From Candidatus Hadarchaeota archaeon (GTDB lineage: Archaea > CAYQAE01 > CAYVLA01), in NCBI GenBank assembly GCA_964452145.1, contig CAYVLA010000109.1, positions 1-11,366 of the forward strand: DNA of 11,366 bases, written 5' to 3'. Made by a program: the position numbers and the translations under genes. Each line of letters starts with the position of its first letter. The first letter of the stretch is position 1. Shown in pieces: positions 6,356 to 11,366 of the stretch. The notes under the pieces were generated by a model, which was not told the DNA's origin, did no database searches, and saw only the letters and a list, made by a program, of their open reading frames with translations.

Positions 6356-7210
6356 TTGCAGGACATGGTGGTCGCAGCCGTTCAGATGAACGGCGAGCTG
6401 GGGCAGGTCGAGAGGAACCTTGACAGTATCGGCCGATGGGTCGATAAGGCGGCCAAGTCCGGTGCCGACCTGGTGGTTTTCCCTGAGCTGGTGATAACGG
6501 GGCACTGGTGCAGCACGGAGGCCTGGAAGGTATCCCAAGAGGTCCCGGACGGCCCGGCGATCTCACGAATCCGGGAACTTGCCGAGGAACACGGGCTCTA
6601 CATATGCGCAGGCATTGGGGAACGGGAAGGCGGGATACAGTACAACTCGCAGGTGCTCGTAGGGCCTGAGGGCTACGTGGGCAAGCAGAGGAAGCTCCAC
6701 ATGTCCAGCGACGAGTACTTCTACTACAGAGCCGGTTCGCAGTTCTGCGTGCTCGACACGTCCAAGTGCAGGATCGGGGTCTCCATCTGTTACGACAACG
6801 TATTCCCCGAGGTGCCCCGGATTCTGGCCCTGAAGGGCGCCGAGGTGATTCTGGCACCGCACGCGGCACGGTTCGGAAAGTGGAGGACGAGGGGACAGAC
6901 CAGGATCGTTGCGAAGCAGAAGCGTTTCTACCGCAAGGTCTACGCCTCCAGAGCCTACGACAACGGGGTCTACCTCGTCATCGTCAACCAGGCGGGACCG
7001 GCCGGCGTGGACGCCAACCACGCTGGGGGAACGATGATCTTGGATCCAGAGGGGGAGGTCCTCGCGGAGTCGAAGACCAAGGTCATCGAAGAGGAGATGG
7101 TTCTCGCCAAACTGGAGGCCTCCCGTGTTGAAAAGAGGAGGAGCGGCAGATGCTTCAATCTCGTTACCAGACGGCCCGAGATCTACGGGGAGATCACCCG
7201 CCTGGGTTGA
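6356..7210 (+). CDS. Carbon-nitrogen hydrolase (nitrilase superfamily amidase)
   Basis: E-K-C triad in VFPE, QRKLH and SICYD, plus N-terminal VAAVQM. The start is uncertain (GTG 6347, TTG 6356 or ATG 6365). It lies just downstream of the oxidoreductase, probably in one operon. Confidence 0.92.
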   Translation: MQDMVVAAVQMNGELGQVERNLDSIGRWVDKAAKSGADLVVFPELVITGHWCSTEAWKVSQEVPDGPAISRIRELAEEHGLYICAGIGEREGGIQYNSQVLVGPEGYVGKQRKLHMSSDEYFYYRAGSQFCVLDTSKCRIGVSICYDNVFPEVPRILALKGAEVILAPHAARFGKWRTRGQTRIVAKQKRFYRKVYASRAYDNGVYLVIVNQAGPAGVDANHAGGTMILDPEGEVLAESKTKVIEEEMVLAKLEASRVEKRRSGRCFNLVTRRPEIYGEITRLG

Positions 7211-8382
7211 GATCGGGCACCGGTCACGTACAGCGCAAACGCCGCCGAGAGCCCGGCAAGCCCGCCGAAGAGAAAGGTTGCAGAAGGCGAGACGACCCGC
7301 CAGAGAACCCCTGCGACGATCGACGCTGGGAGCAGACCGATGCCAACAAGCGTGGCGTGCATCCCGATGAGAGTTGCCTTAAGTTCGGGTGGTGCCAGAT
7401 CCGCTACGAAGGCCTTCTCCACCCCTTCGGTCGCTCCGAGATGCAGGCCATAGGCGGCGAATAGTCCCCAGAGGTAGGCCTTGGCGGGGGCAAGGGCGAA
7501 TCCCAGGTAGACCGCTGCATAGGCAGCGTAACCGAAGATGAGAAGCTTCCTCCTACCCAGCCTATCCGAGAGACTGCCCAGAGGATAGGAACTCAAGGCG
7601 AAGACCAAGTTGAATATGAGGTAGAGCAGGATGCTCACCGTATCGCTGAATCCCAGGTTCTTGGCCCGGAGTATGAGGAACTGGTTCGACGAATTGCCCA
7701 GCGAGAAAAGGAACATTATGAGAAGGAAGGTGCGCAGACGCCTGTCAAGCTTGCCCCAGCCGAGTCTGAGCCTCTTTCCGGGCACCTCGGAAGGCTTCGT
7801 TTCCTTGACAGCGAAGAGAACCGCCACCCCGATCGCGGCCGGCAACAGGGATATCAGAAAGACGCTTCGGTAGTCCCCCCGGTAGGCGACCAGGAACACC
7901 AGAGCCAGAGAAACCCCCACCGTTGCACCGAGCGTATCCAGGGCGCGGTGAAGTCCGAAAGCTCGCCCTCGGGCCGATCCATCAGCTGATTCGGCGATGA
8001 GCGCATCCCTGGGAGCCGTTCTTATCCCCTTGCCCATCCTGTCAACAACTCGCCCCGTGAGAACCCACGCCCATGATGTCGAGAAATAGAGGAAGACCTT
8101 GCCCAGGGTGGACGAGCCATACCCCCCGATAGCTATCGGCTTTCTCCTGCGGATCCTGTCGGAGATGTAGCCCGAACCGACCTTGAGGAAGCTTGCCACG
8201 CTCTCGGCTATCCCCTCCACCAGACCCACGATCTCGGGCCCAACGCCGAGCCTCAGGGTCATGTAGAGAGGGAGCAACGGATAGACCATCTCGGTGCTGA
8301 CATCGGTCAAGAAGCTTACGCCGCCCAGGATGGCGACGTTTTTCATGCCCGGGCGCTGGGACGGGTTCTCTCCCTGGTCCAC
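7183..8382 (-). CDS. Major facilitator superfamily transporter (MJ1317-like)
   Basis: About 12 hydrophobic segments. Motifs VSFLTDVSTEMVYPLLPLY, GYISDRIRRRK, GKGIRTAPRDALIA and GSLSDRLGRRK (MFS motif A in both halves). Confidence 0.93.
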   Translation of the reverse strand: MDQGENPSQRPGMKNVAILGGVSFLTDVSTEMVYPLLPLYMTLRLGVGPEIVGLVEGIAESVASFLKVGSGYISDRIRRRKPIAIGGYGSSTLGKVFLYFSTSWAWVLTGRVVDRMGKGIRTAPRDALIAESADGSARGRAFGLHRALDTLGATVGVSLALVFLVAYRGDYRSVFLISLLPAAIGVAVLFAVKETKPSEVPGKRLRLGWGKLDRRLRTFLLIMFLFSLGNSSNQFLILRAKNLGFSDTVSILLYLIFNLVFALSSYPLGSLSDRLGRRKLLIFGYAAYAAVYLGFALAPAKAYLWGLFAAYGLHLGATEGVEKAFVADLAPPELKATLIGMHATLVGIGLLPASIVAGVLWRVVSPSATFLFGGLAGLSAAFALYVTGARSQPRRVISP

Positions 8383-8404
8383 CTCCCCACCCGGGCCCGC
8401 GAAA

Positions 8405-8412
8405 CTTATTAA
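8405..8412 (-). promoter_or_regulatory. TATA box of the MFS gene
   Basis: TTAATAAG on the minus strand, about 23-30 nt upstream of GTG 8382. Confidence 0.55.
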
Positions 8413-8422
8413 GATGATGTCA

Positions 8423-8441
8423 CCGAGTCCGAGTCCGAGTC
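8423..8441. repeat. Short tandem repeat (CCGAGT)x3
   Basis: ccgagt ccgagt ccgagt c in the MFS/DUF1614 intergenic region. Confidence 0.8.
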
Positions 8442-8486
8442 ATCGTGTCTTGGGGTCGGATCTACGCGGAGATGACCAGCCAGGCC

Positions 8487-9224
8487 CTAGAATGCGGGAG
8501 CCGCCGGGAAGAGGATAACGGACAGAATGCCCGTGAGGAATATCCCGTCGAACGTTCCCGCCCCCCCTATGCTGACCATCGGGGCACCCAACGAGGGGAT
8601 CCTGGCAAGATTCAGCAGATCGGCCCCTATCAAGACGCCGAGAACGCCGGATACATAAGCCACAGCGGCCGCATCCGCCAAGGGCAGGGCCACGATCCTA
8701 GTGGCCACAAAGGCCGACGTGGCTGCCGCGAGCGGAGGGATCATCACCGGCATGGAGATCCCCATCCCGGGGATGGGTCTGGCAAGGGAACGGCAGATCA
8801 CCGTGACCATGGTGATCGCGATCAAGTACGCAGGCCAGGCCTGAGGAACTTTGAAGAACAGGTAGAGGCAAACCCCGACCGGAACAAGGCAGCCACCCAA
8901 GTTCACAGCGATCCTCGTTTCCTCCACCACCCGTTCCACGGATGGCACCGGGTAGAGCAGACCGAAGATCCCAGGCCTGAAGGTGACTCTATCAACCTCG
9001 GAACTCATCCTCGTCAGAGGTATGTTGACCCAGCCGCCCCCAAGGCAAAGAAGCAACACGATCATGGCGTACTCAGGCGGTATCCCCAGCTCGCGGAAGG
9101 CCCCGCCCGCAGCAGTGGTCAGAATGAATATGAAGAAGAACATGGCCATGAAGAAGAGGAAGGCCATGTAGGGTGCGACCACGGGGGGCGCAGCCATCGC
9201 CGGGGCACTGAGGCGTCTTTCCAT
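8487..9224 (-). CDS. DUF1614-family integral membrane protein
   Basis: Family motifs VNIP, IAVNLGGCLVP, ARPIPGMGI, AYVSGVLGVLIGADLLNL and SIGGAGTFDGIFLTGI, with multiple TM segments. Confidence 0.9.
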   Translation of the reverse strand: MERRLSAPAMAAPPVVAPYMAFLFFMAMFFFIFILTTAAGGAFRELGIPPEYAMIVLLLCLGGGWVNIPLTRMSSEVDRVTFRPGIFGLLYPVPSVERVVEETRIAVNLGGCLVPVGVCLYLFFKVPQAWPAYLIAITMVTVICRSLARPIPGMGISMPVMIPPLAAATSAFVATRIVALPLADAAAVAYVSGVLGVLIGADLLNLARIPSLGAPMVSIGGAGTFDGIFLTGILSVILFPAAPAF

Positions 9225-9337
9225 CCCTCATTGTGGTGCATCAGCCTCTCATAGATGTTATCGCCAGGTCTCGACGAAGCCTTTGATCGATTGAAAGGTT
9301 CAGCCCGGGCCCGGGCCGATAACCTTTTTCATCTTCA

Positions 9338-9362
9338 GATACCGCCTCCCAAAGGCGGTATC
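9338..9362 (+). promoter_or_regulatory. Perfect 10-bp inverted repeat immediately before the dehydrogenase start codon
   Basis: GATACCGCCT-cccaa-AGGCGGTATC directly followed by ATG 9363. The right arm contains the SD-like AGGCGGT. Confidence 0.65.
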
Positions 9363-10385
9363 ATGAAAGCAGCCGTTCTTCACGCCGTTGGCGACCTCAG
9401 ATTCGAGGATGTACCGACTCCCGACATCCGGGAGAACGAGGTCCTCCTGAGGGTCAAGGCATGTGGGGTGTGCGGCACCGATGTCCACTTCCTGCACGGC
9501 GAGTGGGCAGTCAAGATGCCCCTGATCCCGGGACACGAGTTCTCGGGCCAGATCGCTGAAGTGGGGCGGAGCGTGGGCACCGTGTCAACCGGAGACAGGG
9601 TCTCCATCGATCCTAACGTGGTCTGCGGCGTATGCAAGAACTGCCGGAGAACTGAGAGAAGCCACCTCTGCTCAAACATCCGAGCGATCGGCGTCGATGT
9701 CGATGGAGCATTCGCGGAGTTTGTCAGGGCCCCGGAGGCGGTTGTGTACCGCCTTCCCGACTCGGTGGACTTCGAAACGGGCGCGATGACCGAGCCGGTG
9801 GGATGCGCGATCAGGGGATTCGACAACACTAGGACCACCCTTGGCGATACGGTGGTGGTGATCGGCGCTGGCCCTATGGGGCTTATCCTTCTCCAGATGG
9901 CACTCCTTCAAGGGGCGGCGAAGGTACTCACCATAGAACCAATGGAGGGACGAAGAAGGGTCGCGGAGAAGCTCGGCGCCAGCAGGACGATCAACCCGTT
10001 TCAAGAGGATGTGGCAAAGGCCGTCGCAGAGGAAACGGAGGGCAACGGGCCCGAGGTCGTCTTCGAGGCCGTTGGATCGGCCATGACCATAGAGATGGCC
10101 CTGGAGATCGCAGGCAGGGGCTCGAGGGTCAACCTCTTCGGGGTCGCTCCACAGACCGACATCGTCAAGGTCAGGCCCTTCATGCTCTACGACAAGGAGC
10201 TTAAGATCTCGGCATCCTTCAGGGATCCCTTCACCTTCGATAGAGCCATACAGCTCCTTGCCAATGGGAGAATAGACTGCAAACCTCTCATCACCAACAA
10301 GTTTCCCCTGTCGAAGATCAACGAGGCCTTCAGAACGTTCGAGACCATGAAGCAGGAGACAATCAAGATAATGGTCCACCCGTGA
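9363..10385 (+). CDS. Zn-dependent medium-chain dehydrogenase (threonine/polyol dehydrogenase-like)
   Basis: Catalytic Zn motifs CGVCGTD and PGHEFSG, structural Zn site CGVCKNC...C, Rossmann GAGPMG. The family-typical N-terminus MKAAVLH begins at ATG 9363. Confidence 0.94.
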   Translation: MKAAVLHAVGDLRFEDVPTPDIRENEVLLRVKACGVCGTDVHFLHGEWAVKMPLIPGHEFSGQIAEVGRSVGTVSTGDRVSIDPNVVCGVCKNCRRTERSHLCSNIRAIGVDVDGAFAEFVRAPEAVVYRLPDSVDFETGAMTEPVGCAIRGFDNTRTTLGDTVVVIGAGPMGLILLQMALLQGAAKVLTIEPMEGRRRVAEKLGASRTINPFQEDVAKAVAEETEGNGPEVVFEAVGSAMTIEMALEIAGRGSRVNLFGVAPQTDIVKVRPFMLYDKELKISASFRDPFTFDRAIQLLANGRIDCKPLITNKFPLSKINEAFRTFETMKQETIKIMVHP

Positions 10386-10480
10386 GTCGGCACGGCTCCG
10401 AAGATCTGCAGGCGCCCACTCTCTTTGTGAGGGTCTCCGCGTCTTCATCCGACAGTGGTGCAGGATGCAAGGTGTTGGAT

Positions 10481-10505
10481 GGGTAATGCGGGATGGGATG
10501 TGGGG
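10481..10505 (+). other. Canonical G-quadruplex-forming sequence motif
   Basis: GGG-TAATGC-GGG-AT-GGG-ATGT-GGGG matches four G3+ runs separated by loops of 1-7 nt. Confidence 0.5.
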
Positions 10506-10518
10506 AAAGAGGTTTATG
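10504..10518 (+). promoter_or_regulatory. BRE/TATA-like promoter of the PiT gene
   Basis: GGAAAGAGG-TTTATG, about 28-33 nt upstream of ATG 10546. Confidence 0.5.
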
Positions 10519-10545
10519 TGAGCATTGGCCCTGCTCGAAAAAGCT

Positions 10546-11366
10546 ATGCTCGTGGAATTTCTGGTCGTGGCAAGCGCCCTTTATGTTGGGTTCAACATCG
10601 GAGCCAATGACGCCGCCAATTGCGTGGGGGCCTGCGTAGGGGGAGGGGCCTTGGGAGTCCGGAGCGCCGTGGTAGCCGCGGCCATCTTCTGCTTCGTCGG
10701 CGGGCTATTGGGAACCAACGTTACCAGAACGATTGCCAACGACGTCTTGCCCTCCGAGGATGTGACCCCGTCTCTGGCAGCCACATGCCTCCTCGTGTCA
10801 GGAGGCCTCGTAGCTCTGGCAACGATGCTTGGCCTACCGGTATCAACCTCTCACGCAGTAGTTCTGGGCCTGGTGGGCGGTGGCCTTGCGATGGGCAGTG
10901 CCATCCGTACGAACAACGTCCTGCAGATCGTGGGCGCTTGGGTTCTGCTGCCCCTTGCGATGATCGTGCTCTCCTTCGTCCTGGTCAAGTCCCTGAATGC
11001 CGGTTTGTCGAAGATCATGTCCCTAGTCAGATTGGAGATAGCGCTGAAATACATGCTGATCGGAAGCAGCTTCTACGCTTCTTTCGCCTTGGGCGCCAAC
11101 CATGCCGGCCTCGCCGGGGGCATGCTGGAGGGAGTCGACATCCTGGGGCGCTTCTGCGCAACCCTCGTCGGATCCGCTTCCCTCTCCTTGGGCGTTCTCC
11201 TACTGAGCGGGAGGGTGATAAGGACCATCGGTCAGGGGATCGTTCCTCTCGGCCCCCTATCGGCCTTCTCAATGCAGGTCTCGGCCGCCGTTGGTATGAC
11301 GGTGTGTTCACTGCTCGGCATTCCTGTCTCCAGTTCTCAGGCCATCGTCGCATCTGCGCTTGGGAT
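10546..11366 (+). CDS. pit: PiT/PHO4-family inorganic phosphate transporter (3'-truncated by window edge; absent from the ORF track)
   Basis: Manual translation MLVEFLVVASALYVGFNIGANDAANCVG...LGLPVSTSHAVV...LGANHAGL...VIRTIGQGI...LGIPVSSSQAIV, open to the end of the window. Confidence 0.93.
   Translation, partial: MLVEFLVVASALYVGFNIGANDAANCVGACVGGGALGVRSAVVAAAIFCFVGGLLGTNVTRTIANDVLPSEDVTPSLAATCLLVSGGLVALATMLGLPVSTSHAVVLGLVGGGLAMGSAIRTNNVLQIVGAWVLLPLAMIVLSFVLVKSLNAGLSKIMSLVRLEIALKYMLIGSSFYASFALGANHAGLAGGMLEGVDILGRFCATLVGSASLSLGVLLLSGRVIRTIGQGIVPLGPLSAFSMQVSAAVGMTVCSLLGIPVSSSQAIVASALG

Noticed and set aside
2987..9356. 14-bp inverted match (2987-3000 / 9343-9356) as transposon terminal repeats
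   Set aside because: No transposase, no target duplication and ordinary metabolic cargo. A single 14-mer match in 11 kb of GC-rich DNA can arise by chance.
9255..9362. N-terminal extension of the Zn dehydrogenase ORF
   Set aside because: It covers the divergent promoter region, and the family N-terminus begins at MKAAV (9363).
3032..11353. Long alternative-frame/antisense ORFs (e.g. 3032..3670, 5179..5730, 8445..9254, 9672..10448, 11027..11353)
   Set aside because: They overlap well-supported genes and have the composition expected of shadow ORFs in GC-rich DNA.
1..11366. CRISPR array, tRNA/rRNA, IS element or integrase
   Set aside because: I saw no regularly spaced repeats, cloverleaf/T-loop motifs or recombinase/transposase motifs by eye.

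Overview
GC-rich (~60%) window that is very probably archaeal. Many genes have BRE/TATA-like boxes about 23-30 nt upstream of the start codon, SD motifs are GGTG/GGAGG type, and DUF1614 and archaeal-type antitoxins are present. There are two parts. (1) About 1-3040 is a decaying toxin-antitoxin (TA) hot spot that the ORF track mostly misses: a 5'-truncated relE remnant, a lower-GC 111-aa putative DNA-binding/coiled-coil gene, a HEPN-like remnant joined back-to-back to a glycoside-hydrolase C-terminal remnant, an AbrB-type vapB plus PIN vapC pair with a GTGGG/CCCAC operator, and an apparently intact relE whose upstream antitoxin carries two 1-nt frameshifts. (2) About 3047-11366 is a metabolic/membrane block: HpcH/HpaI aldolase, a secreted and C-terminally anchored 419-aa protein, a Gfo/Idh/MocA oxidoreductase plus carbon-nitrogen hydrolase pair, an MFS transporter, a DUF1614 protein, a Zn-dependent polyol/threonine-type dehydrogenase, and a PiT-family phosphate transporter running off the right edge. 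I saw no rRNA, tRNA, CRISPR array, integrase or transposase. All family calls come from motif recognition by eye; no database searches were run.
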